Source of the DNA: Alphaproteobacteria bacterium
Lineage (GTDB): Bacteria; Pseudomonadota; Alphaproteobacteria; RF32; CAG-239
DNA length: 64,000 nt
Direction of reading: 5' to 3'
NCBI GenBank assembly: GCA_016283295.1
Contig: JAEEMQ010000049.1
Span: forward strand, 1,811 to 65,810
The notes beneath the pieces are model-generated. The model was not told where the DNA came from and ran no database searches. It saw only the letters and a list, made by a program, of their open reading frames with translations. Shown in pieces: positions 17,732 through 27,488 of the stretch. The translations under genes and the position numbers were made by a program. Positions within the stretch are counted from its first letter, which is position 1; every line of letters starts with the position of its first letter.

Positions 17732-18561
17732 TAAACGAACTGCCAAGTCTGCGCGATACGGTCGAGCAATACGGTTTGATGGCTAAAAAATCTCTCGGCC
17801 AAAACTTTTTGCTGGATATGAACATTACCGACAAGATTATTCGTTGCTCGTTGGAAGCGCAGGGCAAAGCAGATTTTAAAAACGAAAATGTTTACGAAAT
17901 CGGGCCGGGGCCGGGCGGACTTACCCGCGCTATTTTGAAAGCGAATCCGCAAAAACTGACGGTTATCGAAATGGACAGCCGATGCATTGAAATTATGCAC
18001 GACATAAAAAAAATTGTCGGAGAGCAGTTGCAAATCGTGGAAGGCGATGCGTTGCAATATGACTTTACCGCCGACCGGAGCGCCGTTAAAAACATTGTCA
18101 GCAACCTGCCCTACAATATTTCCGTGCCGTTGTTGCTGAATTGGCTGAAAAATATGCAAAATTTTGCCAGCTTAACTCTGATGTTTCAAAAGGAAGTTGC
18201 CGAGCGCATCACGGCCGAGCCGAATAATAAAACTTATGGCCGGATATCGGTGATGGCGCAACTTACCTGCAAAATCAAAACGCTGTTCAATCTTAATCCG
18301 AATTGTTTTGTGCCGGCACCGAAAATATGGTCAACCGTGCTTTTGTTTGAGCCGTTGGCGACAATTCCTCCGGCTGACATATTGCAAAAAGTGGAAAAAC
18401 TGACCGAAGCGGCCTTCAATCAGCGGCGTAAAATGCTACGGCAGAGTTTGAAGTCCGTAGCGAATCTGCAACAAATTTGCGAACAGGCAAACATAGACCC
18501 GACCGTGCGCGCCGAAAATTTATCGCCGCAACAATATCTCAAATTAGCAGAATTGATCTAA
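17728..18561 (+). CDS. rsmA: 16S rRNA (adenine1518/1519-N6)-dimethyltransferase
   Basis: SLGQNFL and EIGPGPGGLT motifs. Confidence 0.92.
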   Translation: MINELPSLRDTVEQYGLMAKKSLGQNFLLDMNITDKIIRCSLEAQGKADFKNENVYEIGPGPGGLTRAILKANPQKLTVIEMDSRCIEIMHDIKKIVGEQLQIVEGDALQYDFTADRSAVKNIVSNLPYNISVPLLLNWLKNMQNFASLTLMFQKEVAERITAEPNNKTYGRISVMAQLTCKIKTLFNLNPNCFVPAPKIWSTVLLFEPLATIPPADILQKVEKLTEAAFNQRRKMLRQSLKSVANLQQICEQANIDPTVRAENLSPQQYLKLAELI

Positions 18562-18565
18562 TTTA

Positions 18566-19144
18566 TTACCAAATGTGGCACAAAAAGACGGCCCACATTC
18601 CGCACCAAAAGGCAAACATAAAGCACATAAAGGCACGGCTGTCCAAATTGCTGTCGGCGGCTTCATCGACAACATCGCCGTATTTGTTGGCCTCGGTAAC
18701 ACCGCGACCGCACAAAATCCAGCATAAAAACGAATAGTATACCAGGGAAGCAAACAACAAATAAAGCAATCCCGCGGTATGACCGAAATCCCATAAACCC
18801 AGCACCAGCAAAGCCAGTACCACCGCCGGCAAACACCACCATCCGGACAAAGATATGTCATGCAAACGGCGCACCGTTGCCGCGGTTGCCGGAAACAGGA
18901 AATACAGCGCGAAAATGTTGATGACTATTTTGGTGGCGTCAAAAAAGTTACCGCATAAAACCATCAACAAAAATATGATTAAGCTGACCGCTTGAAAAGC
19001 CCAAAAATCGTAGCGCGAAGCCCGACCTTTAAGCACAAACATCTGCATCATGGCGTTGTTCCAACGAGCAAAAATACCGGCTGACGCTTTTGCGGCCACC
19101 GCTTCCTGCTCCGTATTTTCCGTTGTATTTTCCATCTCAATCAT
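18566..19144 (-). CDS. DUF805 family membrane protein
   Basis: GRASRYDFW and the RRLHD motif with flanking TM helices. Confidence 0.75.
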   Translation of the reverse strand: MIEMENTTENTEQEAVAAKASAGIFARWNNAMMQMFVLKGRASRYDFWAFQAVSLIIFLLMVLCGNFFDATKIVINIFALYFLFPATAATVRRLHDISLSGWWCLPAVVLALLVLGLWDFGHTAGLLYLLFASLVYYSFLCWILCGRGVTEANKYGDVVDEAADSNLDSRAFMCFMFAFWCGMWAVFLCHIW

Positions 19145-19150
19145 ATCCGT

Positions 19151-19186
19151 AAAAAAAAACGCGATGCCTCCCGCTGTCGAGAGGCA
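19151..19186 (-). terminator. Probable terminator after tsf
   Basis: Stem TGCCTC/GAGGCA. A T9 run on the minus strand lies 5 nt after the stem. Confidence 0.45.
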
Positions 19187-19198
19187 CCGTTATCTTGA

Positions 19199-20122
19199 TT
19201 ATTTTGCCAACTGAGCCTGAACTTCGGCAGCAAAATCTTCTTCTTTTTTCTGTAAGCCGTCGCCGAGCTTAAAGAATACATAGTCCGTCAACTTAATGTC
19301 GGCGCCGCATTCTTTGGCCTTATCGGCAATAACGTCTTTAACTTTCTTATCCGGGTCCATAATGTAGTTTTGTTCTTCCAAAACAACTTCTTCATAGAAC
19401 TTGCGGATACGGCCGTCCACCATTTTTTCAATGATGGCTGCCGGTTTGCCGGAAGCAGCGGCCTGCTCGGCAAAAATAGATTTTTCGTGTTCTACCGCAG
19501 CCGGATCAACGCTTGCTACGTTCAAGGCAATCGGCTGAGCAGCGGCAACGTGCATTGCGATATGCTTACCCAAATCAGCCAACTGGGCTTTATCTGCCGT
19601 AGATTCCAATGCAACCAGTACCCCGATTTTACCCAAACCGGCGCGTGCCGCATTGTGAATGTAAGAGCAAACCAAACCGTTATTAACGCTGACAACTTTG
19701 GCGCGACGCAAATTCATGTTTTCGCCGATGCGGGCAACCATATCGGTCAAGCGCTCACCAAAAGTTTTACCGCTGGCATCGGCGGCATTTTTCATTGCTT
19801 CAACATCGCCGTTGTTAGCCAAGGCAACTTTGGCGGCATCTTCAACATAAGCCTGAAAGATATCGTTTTTGGCAACGAAGTCGGTTTCGGAGTTAACTTC
19901 AACCGCGGCACCTCTGTTGCCTTCAACATAAACCGCAACCAAACCTTCAGCGGCAATGCGGCTGGACTTTTTGGCGGCCGAGGCCAAACCTTTTTTGCGC
20001 AACCAATCAACGGCCGTTTCCATATTTCCGTTTGCTTCAACCAAAGCCTTTTTGCAATCAAGCATACCGGCGCCGGTTGTTTCTCTCAATTCTTTTACCA
20101 TAGCGGCTGTAATATCTGCCAT
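19199..20122 (-). CDS. tsf: Elongation factor Ts
   Basis: N-terminal [24 protein letters not shown]. Lies downstream of rpsB. Confidence 0.95.
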   Translation of the reverse strand: MADITAAMVKELRETTGAGMLDCKKALVEANGNMETAVDWLRKKGLASAAKKSSRIAAEGLVAVYVEGNRGAAVEVNSETDFVAKNDIFQAYVEDAAKVALANNGDVEAMKNAADASGKTFGERLTDMVARIGENMNLRRAKVVSVNNGLVCSYIHNAARAGLGKIGVLVALESTADKAQLADLGKHIAMHVAAAQPIALNVASVDPAAVEHEKSIFAEQAAASGKPAAIIEKMVDGRIRKFYEEVVLEEQNYIMDPDKKVKDVIADKAKECGADIKLTDYVFFKLGDGLQKKEEDFAAEVQAQLAK

Positions 20123-20164
20123 TATTTTAATTCCTTATTTTTAAAATTTCAACTTTTCAAATAC

Positions 20165-20193
20165 GGCGCGGCAATCGGATTAACCGCCGCGCC
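20165..20193 (-). promoter_or_regulatory. GC-rich hairpin in the rpsB-tsf intergenic region (possible attenuator)
   Basis: 8-bp stem GGCGCGGC/GCCGCGCC. No clean T-run follows. Confidence 0.4.
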
Positions 20194-20222
20194 ATTCAAT
20201 CCATACCAAATCGGCTTAATGC

Positions 20223-21032
20223 TTATTCGGCAGAAGCTTCGGCGCTTGCGGCAGCCTTGGTTTTGCGCGGTGCACGCTTTTTCGGAGCAGCTTTTTCTTC
20301 TGCTACTTCAGCGTTTTCCACATCCAAACCTTTGGCGGCGATTTCGGCCGAAACACCATCCAAAATAGCGCCGGAGATTAAGTCGCAATAAAATTGAATT
20401 GCTCTTAATGCATCGTCGTTACCCGGCACCGGATAGTCAACTTCATTCGGGTTAGCGTTCGTATCAACAATGCCGACAACCGGGATACCCAGTTTTTTGG
20501 CTTCTTTAACCGCCAAAGCTTCTTTCGGCGTATCGATTACGAACAGCAAATCCGGCTGACCGCCCATATCCTTGATACCGTTCAAAACAACCGCCAATTT
20601 TTCGCGTTCTTTTTTCAGGTTCAAGATTTCCTTTTTGGTGTAGCCTTCATAAGCGTTCTTTTCTTCCATTTCGTTAAGCTTGTTCAGACGCGTAATTGAT
20701 TTATAAACGGTCTTCCAGTTGGTCAGCATACCGCCGAGCCAGCGATAGTTAACATAGTATTGTCCGCATCTTTCGGCGCTTTCCTTAACGATTTCCTGCG
20801 CTTGTCTTTTGGTAGCCACAAACAAAACCTTACCGCCCTGAGCAGCCACATCGCGGGTTGCGTTCAATGCGTTGTAAAGCATCGGATAAGTTTTTTGCAA
20901 GTCGATAATGTGAACATTATCTTTTTTGCCGTAAATATACGGTGCCATTTGCGGATTCCAACGACGAGCGTGGTGTCCGAAGTGTACGCCAGCTTCAACC
21001 ATCTGACGTAATGTAAATGTAGGAATTGTCAT
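20223..21032 (-). CDS. rpsB: 30S ribosomal protein S2
   Basis: MVEAGVHFGHHARRWNP. C-terminal Ala/Lys-rich tail. Confidence 0.95.
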   Translation of the reverse strand: MTIPTFTLRQMVEAGVHFGHHARRWNPQMAPYIYGKKDNVHIIDLQKTYPMLYNALNATRDVAAQGGKVLFVATKRQAQEIVKESAERCGQYYVNYRWLGGMLTNWKTVYKSITRLNKLNEMEEKNAYEGYTKKEILNLKKEREKLAVVLNGIKDMGGQPDLLFVIDTPKEALAVKEAKKLGIPVVGIVDTNANPNEVDYPVPGNDDALRAIQFYCDLISGAILDGVSAEIAAKGLDVENAEVAEEKAAPKKRAPRKTKAAASAEASAE

Positions 21033-21165
21033 TTTATATATATCCTTTTTTCCGGTTAAACCTCCGCAGACTCTTGGCTTTTTACAGCACCGGAGCGAAG
21101 ATGACGAGCGTCATTCCGCCTGTCTGCGTGTGTATTGTTATAAAGCCGCACCATTGCGGCTTCGG
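21033..21165 (-). promoter_or_regulatory. Structured 5' leader of rpsB-tsf
   Basis: Hairpin 21143..21162 (AAGCCGCA/TGCGGCTT). 7-bp long-range stem 21065..21071/21122..21128 encloses hairpin 21101..21114. Confidence 0.4.
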
Positions 21166-21284
21166 GCTATTTCTACCACATTTTTTTGATTTTTCAAGTG
21201 TTTTTTTAAAGACTTGAATAAAAAATATTCGTCAGCCGGATATTTTAGAATTCAAGCCCGGAAAACCCATCGAATATACCGCGG

Positions 21285-22823
21285 TTACGGCTGCAAATCG
21301 TCGCCGTTTTGCAGCTTGTTCATCATATCTTCGATTTTAGCCTGTTTTTCCCGGTCTTCCTGCTGTTTTTCCAAATACATTTTTTTGAAGTCCAACTTTA
21401 CCGGATCGGCAATTCTGACATTGTTTTTGAACACACCCTGCTCGGTATATTTATAAACGGTTTCCGAATCGTTTTTGGTGATATCGATTACGTTTTTCAA
21501 TTCCGAAAAAATTATATTGTTACAATCCGGAATCTTATCGGCCTGCGGGTTATTCACGCATTGTTTTTGCTCCGGGAAAATGCCGTATAAATTGTTGACT
21601 TTGATTTTTCCCGCGCCGTACAGATAACCGTTTTTGTCTTCCAACACCCAAATTCCGCTGATATCGCCGGCGGCAAATTTAACCTCGGCATTGGCTGTCA
21701 GTTTAATTTTTTGGGCAATTTTATCGAAGATTTCGGCGGCCTTTTCATCATTTTTTTCTTTTTCCTCATCCGTTAAACCGTCTTCGTCCGGAATTTCGCT
21801 CAGAGCAATAACATCGGCGGCCGCAATGTTTTTGATGGAATATTTCAACTCTATTTGCTTAGGTTGAATGTTCGGACTTATAAAACTATCCAAGAATCCG
21901 CCGTCGATTTTTATATCATTGAACGTTGTTTGCCCCAAAATATAAAAATATTCTTCATTCTCGCGTTGTATGGTGTTTTTAATTTCGGCATCAAAACCCA
22001 AATTAAAGCCGAACATATCCACCCCGATTTTAACATCATCGACCAGCGCGGAAGATTTTGCCGCGGATAAAAACGGAACATTATCAACCATTTGCTGATA
22101 GTTAAACGCAGTGTCTGCCGGCATTTCATAAGTAATTTCCGAACGATGTTTTTCGCTTTTGATGTGCAACGAAAATATCGGAAACGCCAAATTAAGCGAA
22201 TCCATAGACATCTCAGCGCTGTTTTTTACCAGATTATTTTCTTCGGTGACCTGTTGTTGCGAATCAAGGGCAGCGAGATTACCGATTTCACTCTTAAGAC
22301 CGGTTGTTTCGTCTTTTTTGATGTATGACAAATCGCTGACATGCAGATTGCTGTAACTGACCACACCGATTTCCGGCACCATTTTTATTTCTTCTTTATA
22401 AGAGCCGGCGGTCAAATCTTTTACAAATGCAAAATTGAAATTGTTGTAAACCTGCGCCAAAAATTTATGCAAAGAGTTTACGGAAACCTCGTATTGCGCA
22501 TAAGATTTGAAATCCTCAATTCTTTTGCATTCGGCCGTGGTTGCCGGTATGATATATTCGGAGGTTTTGTCGGTTGACGGCGTTGGTGTAGGCGCGGCCG
22601 CTCCCAAACCCGGCATGGCCAACTTGGAAAAATCCATTGCATCTTCTTTGACCGTTGTTGCCGGATAATTGACCGAACATTTCCCCTCATCGGCCTCTAC
22701 TTTTACCTCAGCCCCGTAAGAGGATGTCAAGATTTCTGCCATTTGTTCGGCCACCGGTGCGGCGGCAAACGATGCTGTGCCGTAAATAAAAGAAATTGCC
22801 AACGTCAACAAAACTTTTTTCAT
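21285..22823 (-). CDS. Secreted hypothetical protein (512 aa)
   Basis: Signal peptide MKKVLLTLAISFIYGTASFAAAP. Host-type codon usage. No recognised domain. Confidence 0.6.
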   Translation of the reverse strand: MKKVLLTLAISFIYGTASFAAAPVAEQMAEILTSSYGAEVKVEADEGKCSVNYPATTVKEDAMDFSKLAMPGLGAAAPTPTPSTDKTSEYIIPATTAECKRIEDFKSYAQYEVSVNSLHKFLAQVYNNFNFAFVKDLTAGSYKEEIKMVPEIGVVSYSNLHVSDLSYIKKDETTGLKSEIGNLAALDSQQQVTEENNLVKNSAEMSMDSLNLAFPIFSLHIKSEKHRSEITYEMPADTAFNYQQMVDNVPFLSAAKSSALVDDVKIGVDMFGFNLGFDAEIKNTIQRENEEYFYILGQTTFNDIKIDGGFLDSFISPNIQPKQIELKYSIKNIAAADVIALSEIPDEDGLTDEEKEKNDEKAAEIFDKIAQKIKLTANAEVKFAAGDISGIWVLEDKNGYLYGAGKIKVNNLYGIFPEQKQCVNNPQADKIPDCNNIIFSELKNVIDITKNDSETVYKYTEQGVFKNNVRIADPVKLDFKKMYLEKQQEDREKQAKIEDMMNKLQNGDDLQP

Positions 22824-22963
22824 AATTCATACTCCGATAAAAATTAACAATATCGGTTATTATAATCACTTTGTTATGATGTGCAACCTTTTTGTGATAC
22901 TGTGCAAAATTTGCAATCGCGCAAAAAAATCTCTCGCGGTTCAACACGAGAGATTTTAAGCAC

Positions 22964-23644
22964 TTAATCGTAATCCGAATGATTACTTTTAATATGTTTC
23001 ATCAACTGCGAGGCCATTTCTTTTTGTGCCTTTGTTGATACATCAAAGCGCGAATTCATGCGGTCTTTTATCATCTGCGACACATCTTCGTCCTCGTTTT
23101 GCCAGGTTCTGATTCCTTTACTTTCCGAAGGAATTTCGCTGCCGTCAATGGCAAAACCGTTATGCTCCACTCCCGGCTCGTCATCATATTGCGGAGAAGC
23201 GCCGGTCAAGGTATATTGCGGAATATCGCCTTCTTTGAGCGTTCCCTGGCGTTCGCCCATCTGCACTCCCTTCAGCGCCCGACCGGTTCCGGCGTCGCCG
23301 TGCGTATATTCGCCGGCACGGATTCTTTCAAATTCTTCTTCGGCCTCACGCTCGGCTTTTTGTTCCGGCGTTTCCGGATTTTCATTCGGGTCGCTGTAAC
23401 CGAACGGATATGCGGTTTTACCGTCGTCTTGCGGCGCGGCGCTCGGTACCGGTATTTCCTTGGCATTCGGCTTTGGCTCGGCATTGTTCTTACCTTCGCT
23501 CGAGTTCACGCCGTTCAGGCTCAATGCCGCGGCCACCGTTGCGCCGGCAACAACCACGCCGGTCATAATTCTGGAGCGCAATCTGCGGATGCGTTCGCTG
23601 TTGTTTTCGGCTTCTTGCAAATATTCCTTATTCGGCTTTACCAT
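22964..23644 (-). CDS. Membrane-anchored hypothetical protein
   Basis: ATG at 23644 with GGGAGA SD. One TM segment (MTGVVVAGATVAAALSL). The remainder is Pro/Glu-rich. Confidence 0.55.
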   Translation of the reverse strand: MVKPNKEYLQEAENNSERIRRLRSRIMTGVVVAGATVAAALSLNGVNSSEGKNNAEPKPNAKEIPVPSAAPQDDGKTAYPFGYSDPNENPETPEQKAEREAEEEFERIRAGEYTHGDAGTGRALKGVQMGERQGTLKEGDIPQYTLTGASPQYDDEPGVEHNGFAIDGSEIPSESKGIRTWQNEDEDVSQMIKDRMNSRFDVSTKAQKEMASQLMKHIKSNHSDYD

Positions 23645-23821
23645 TTTATTTTCTCCCAATGTTGTACATCGCAAATCATAGCCTTATTATAGCTTATTTC
23701 GATTTTTTTGTCAATATATATATTATCATTGCATATTTTTGTTTATGAATTTGGGTTTTTGCTTGAATTTATCGCATTAATCGGCTACTTTTGCGATAAT
23801 TTGAGAGTTTTTGAGGGAAAA

Positions 23822-25819
23822 ATGTCCGATTTATTTGAAACAAATACATCATCAACACAAAGCAAAGCCGAATATACCGCCACCGACATCGAAGTATTGG
23901 AGGGTTTGGAACCGGTGCGTCATCGCCCGGGAATGTATATCGGCGGCACCGATATTCAGGCAATGCACCACTTGGTTGCCGAGATTTTGGACAACTCCAT
24001 GGACGAAGCGGTTGCCGGTTTTGCCAATCATATTGATGTTACCATGAACGCGGACGGAACCGTAACCATTACCGACAACGGCCGCGGCATTCCGGTTGAT
24101 GAGCACCCGAAATATCCGGGAGTATCGGCACTTGAAGTTATTTTGACCACGTTGCACTCCGGCGGCAAATTCGGCGGCGGAGCTTATAAAGTTTCCGGCG
24201 GCTTGCACGGCGTGGGCTTATCGGTGGTTAATGCTTTGGCGGAAACGCTGACGGTGGAAGTGGCACGCGACAAAAAACTCTGGCGGCAGGAATATTCGCG
24301 CGGCAAACCGCTGACACCGCTTGAGCTGGTCGGTAACTGCCCGAATCGGCGCGGCACTTCGATAACTTTCAAGCCGGATGCCGAAATTTTTGAGGGCAAT
24401 AATCAGTTTATCGCCAACCGGGTTTATCGGATGGCGCGCTCTAAAGCTTTTTTGTTCAAAGGCGTTTTGATTAATTGGAAATGTGCGCCCGAGCTGATTA
24501 CCGAAGGCGATACCACGCCGCTTGAGGCCGAACTGCATTACCCGAACGGTTTATCAGACTTTTTAAATATTCAAATCGGCGAACGCGCCACCGTTAATCG
24601 TACCGCGTTTGTCGGCGAATCGGAACTTGCCAACAATGAGGGCCGTGTTGAATGGGCAGTAACGTGGCCGCTTGATGAAAAAGGTTTTTCTTATTCTTAT
24701 TGCAACACGGTTATCACTCCCGAAGGCGGAACACACGAAACCGGCTTTCGTTCGGCTTTATCGCGTAGTCTCAGAGAATACGGAGAAATGGCGAATTATA
24801 AAAAAATATCCGCCATTACGCCCGATGATTTATTAAGCGATGCCTGTCTGATGCTTTCGGTGTTTATTACCGACCCGCAATTTCAGGGACAAACCAAAGA
24901 TAAACTAACCTCAACCAAAGCGATTCATCTGGTGGAAACCGCCGTAAAAGATTCATTTGACCATTGGTTGTCATCAGATGTGGAAAATGCCAAAGCGCTG
25001 ATAGAATATGTTTTGGAGCGCGCCGAAGCCCGCCGCAAAAAGAAAGAAGAAAAAGCCCAAGCACGTAAAGCTCCGACCAAAAAATTGCGCTTGCCGGGCA
25101 AATTGGCCGATTGTTCGCAGGCAGCGGCCGAAAATACCGAAATTTTCATTGTTGAGGGTGATTCCGCCGGCGGTTCGGCCAAACAGGGACGCGACCGAGT
25201 TACTCAGGCTATTCTGCCTCTGCGCGGCAAAATCTTGAACGTTGCCAGCGCTTCGGTGGAGCGAATCGGGCAAAACCAGGAAATCAAGGATATGATAGAA
25301 GCGCTCGGTTGCGGTGTTAAAGATAATTATAACGAAGATAATCTGCGTTATGAAAAAATCATTATCATGACCGATGCCGATGTGGACGGGGCGCACATCA
25401 CTTCGCTGTTGATGACGTTTTTCTATCAGCACATGCCGAAGTTGATTGAAAACGGGCATTTGTTTATTGCCACCCCGCCGCTGTATAAAATCGTGGCCGG
25501 CGGCAAAAACTACTATGCGCTTGATGATGAGGAAAAAGACAAGATTTTGAAAAAAGTCGTCAAGGGCAACATCAAGCCGGATATCAGCCGCTTCAAAGGT
25601 TTGGGCGAAATGAGCCCGGCGCAGCTCAAAGAAACCACCATGGATAAAAATAACCGCGTACTGCTACGAGTGATGATTCCGAGTACCGATACCGAAGAAG
25701 GTCGTGCCGAAGACTTTGAGACGCGTCGGCAGGTTGAGCGCCTGATGGGTAAAGATCCGGAGCCGCGTTTCCGCTTTATTATCGAGCGCGCCAAATTCGT
25801 CGACAATCTGGACATTTAG
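23822..25819 (+). CDS. parE: DNA topoisomerase IV subunit B
   Basis: [40 protein letters not shown] and [12 protein letters not shown]. At 665 aa it lacks the long GyrB insertion. ATG at 23822 has a GAGGGA SD. Confidence 0.9.
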   Translation: MSDLFETNTSSTQSKAEYTATDIEVLEGLEPVRHRPGMYIGGTDIQAMHHLVAEILDNSMDEAVAGFANHIDVTMNADGTVTITDNGRGIPVDEHPKYPGVSALEVILTTLHSGGKFGGGAYKVSGGLHGVGLSVVNALAETLTVEVARDKKLWRQEYSRGKPLTPLELVGNCPNRRGTSITFKPDAEIFEGNNQFIANRVYRMARSKAFLFKGVLINWKCAPELITEGDTTPLEAELHYPNGLSDFLNIQIGERATVNRTAFVGESELANNEGRVEWAVTWPLDEKGFSYSYCNTVITPEGGTHETGFRSALSRSLREYGEMANYKKISAITPDDLLSDACLMLSVFITDPQFQGQTKDKLTSTKAIHLVETAVKDSFDHWLSSDVENAKALIEYVLERAEARRKKKEEKAQARKAPTKKLRLPGKLADCSQAAAENTEIFIVEGDSAGGSAKQGRDRVTQAILPLRGKILNVASASVERIGQNQEIKDMIEALGCGVKDNYNEDNLRYEKIIIMTDADVDGAHITSLLMTFFYQHMPKLIENGHLFIATPPLYKIVAGGKNYYALDDEEKDKILKKVVKGNIKPDISRFKGLGEMSPAQLKETTMDKNNRVLLRVMIPSTDTEEGRAEDFETRRQVERLMGKDPEPRFRFIIERAKFVDNLDI

Positions 25820-25822
25820 CCG

Positions 25823-26248
25823 ATGATATGGGGGCTGAAAACCGAGGCGGCATTTGATGTTTGGTCAATCGAGCATCTGATTATGGGTGTTACGGTCGGC
25901 TGTTTTTCGATGTGGGCGGCCCAAAAAATCATCAAAGACGAAAAAATTTCCGACGGCCTGCGCCTGAAAATCAGCTTTATCATTACCCTGTTGGTGGCCT
26001 ATATGTGGGAAACGCTGGAGCATTATCTTGAGGAGGGCCTGACCGGGCACGCCGTCGAATATTGGTTGCAAGGGGTGGAGCATTGGAGCAACCGGCTGTT
26101 TTGCGATAATCTGATGGTTATCAGCGGTTGGTGGATTTATCAGCAAAAAAATCGTGTTGTGTGGTTTGCCCGTGTGTTTTCCGTAGTCTGGCTGTTTGTG
26201 CACATCGTGATTTTTCCGCACAGCATGTTTTTGCACGAGTTATTTTAG
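25823..26248 (+). CDS. Hypothetical membrane protein (141 aa)
   Basis: About four hydrophobic segments. No SD. Confidence 0.45.
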   Translation: MIWGLKTEAAFDVWSIEHLIMGVTVGCFSMWAAQKIIKDEKISDGLRLKISFIITLLVAYMWETLEHYLEEGLTGHAVEYWLQGVEHWSNRLFCDNLMVISGWWIYQQKNRVVWFARVFSVVWLFVHIVIFPHSMFLHELF

Positions 26249-26890
26249 GCCGCGCAGAAGAAGTGCCTGTCTTTTAACTTCCGGCTCCACGCGAAATGAT
26301 TCGTTGATTTTGCGAATGGTCATCTTGAAGGTGGTCGCATCTAAATTATTCGACCCGCGCAAATATTGCAGACACTTTTCCGGATACTTGGCACAAAGCG
26401 TCGCCAAAGCCCAAGCAACGCCCATTTGCGCATAATATTTTTCGGTATAAAGCGAATCCAAAACCGCCATCACCCTATCGATATATTCGTCATTCAAATA
26501 ATGGCTGAGCAACACCACCGCCACAATCCGCACCGCAAATTCCTGCCGCGAATTACGATATTGCATCACAAAATCCCATACCGGTTCGGGATAACATCGC
26601 GCCGCCGTAAAACCCTGACACAGCGCATCGCACACCGCCCAATCGTCGACATACGGCACAAAACGAGCAAAACAATCGAGTAAATGCGGCAAATCATCGC
26701 GGGCATAACCCAACATTAACGCATTCAACAACCGCAACTCAAAAGTTTCAAGCCGAGAGTTATCAAGCAAAATCCGATAATCGTCACGCGCAATACGCCG
26801 TGCGGTTTGTCGCAGAGCCGGCACCGATATACCGAAAGTTGTCCGCGGCAATCGCGCCAATTCGCTCACAATATCTTCAATGTTTGTCAT
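26240..26890 (-). CDS. DNA alkylation repair protein (AlkD-like HEAT-repeat family)
   Basis: Helical-repeat protein. The segment VPYVDDWAVCDALCQGF resembles the DNA alkylation repair enzyme family as I recall it. Confidence 0.6.
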   Translation of the reverse strand: MTNIEDIVSELARLPRTTFGISVPALRQTARRIARDDYRILLDNSRLETFELRLLNALMLGYARDDLPHLLDCFARFVPYVDDWAVCDALCQGFTAARCYPEPVWDFVMQYRNSRQEFAVRIVAVVLLSHYLNDEYIDRVMAVLDSLYTEKYYAQMGVAWALATLCAKYPEKCLQYLRGSNNLDATTFKMTIRKINESFRVEPEVKRQALLLRGLK

Positions 26891-27008
26891 ACGGCTCCCC
26901 TTTACCTATTGTTATTGTATTTTTTATCGGTAATCTGCCCGCCGCTGTCAAGGAAAAAATATTTTTGATAAAAAACTTGACAAAATTTATATATTTGCTA
27001 TACTCAGA

Positions 27009-27329
27009 ATGAATTTATATTATCAAAAAATTATTTGCCCTATGAGTAGTACATGTTCAACAAATTGGAAGAGGATATCCAGGAGCTGTACATCATTCTT
27101 GATATCCTTTGCCTTAGGTGCATTTGCGGTAATTTTACTGGGCCATGCGTTTCGGGGAGATCCCTGCGCCATCGCCTTACTGCTGATGGAAATAGTGCTT
27201 TTCGCCTTACCGTTTTTGGTTGACGAGAGTAAGATGCCGAGGTGGCTTTCGAGTTTATGGATTACGAGTGCCGAGCTGTGGTTTCCGTTGACGGGACTCT
27301 GGCTGCTGCATCTGATGAGCATCATTTAG
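27009..27329 (+). CDS. Small membrane protein with atypical codon usage
   Basis: Three hydrophobic segments. Has its own TTGACA-16-TATACT promoter (26977..27004) and terminator. The true start may be Met12 at 27042. Confidence 0.4.
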   Translation: MNLYYQKIICPMSSTCSTNWKRISRSCTSFLISFALGAFAVILLGHAFRGDPCAIALLLMEIVLFALPFLVDESKMPRWLSSLWITSAELWFPLTGLWLLHLMSII

Positions 27330-27352
27330 GGAAGAAGTACTCTTTTAGAAAG

Positions 27353-27385
27353 ACGCGTTATGCCTGACCGCATAGCGCGTTTTTT
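27353..27385 (+). terminator. Intrinsic terminator
   Basis: ACGCGTTATGC - CTGACC - GCATAGCGCGT followed by TTTTT. Confidence 0.7.
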
Positions 27386-27488
27386 GCTGCGCGCCTCTCC
27401 AGGAATACGGCATAAAACATCTTGACAACAGAATGTACTTTAATATAGTGAATCATATTTTATAAAGTATCTGCCGAAGGAAGTTATA

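Noticed and set aside
23708-23821. N-terminal 38-aa extension of parE from a TTG start
   Set aside because: The extension is hydrophobic and has no counterpart in topoisomerase B subunits. The ATG at 23822 has a GAGGGA SD and aligns with the conserved N-terminus.
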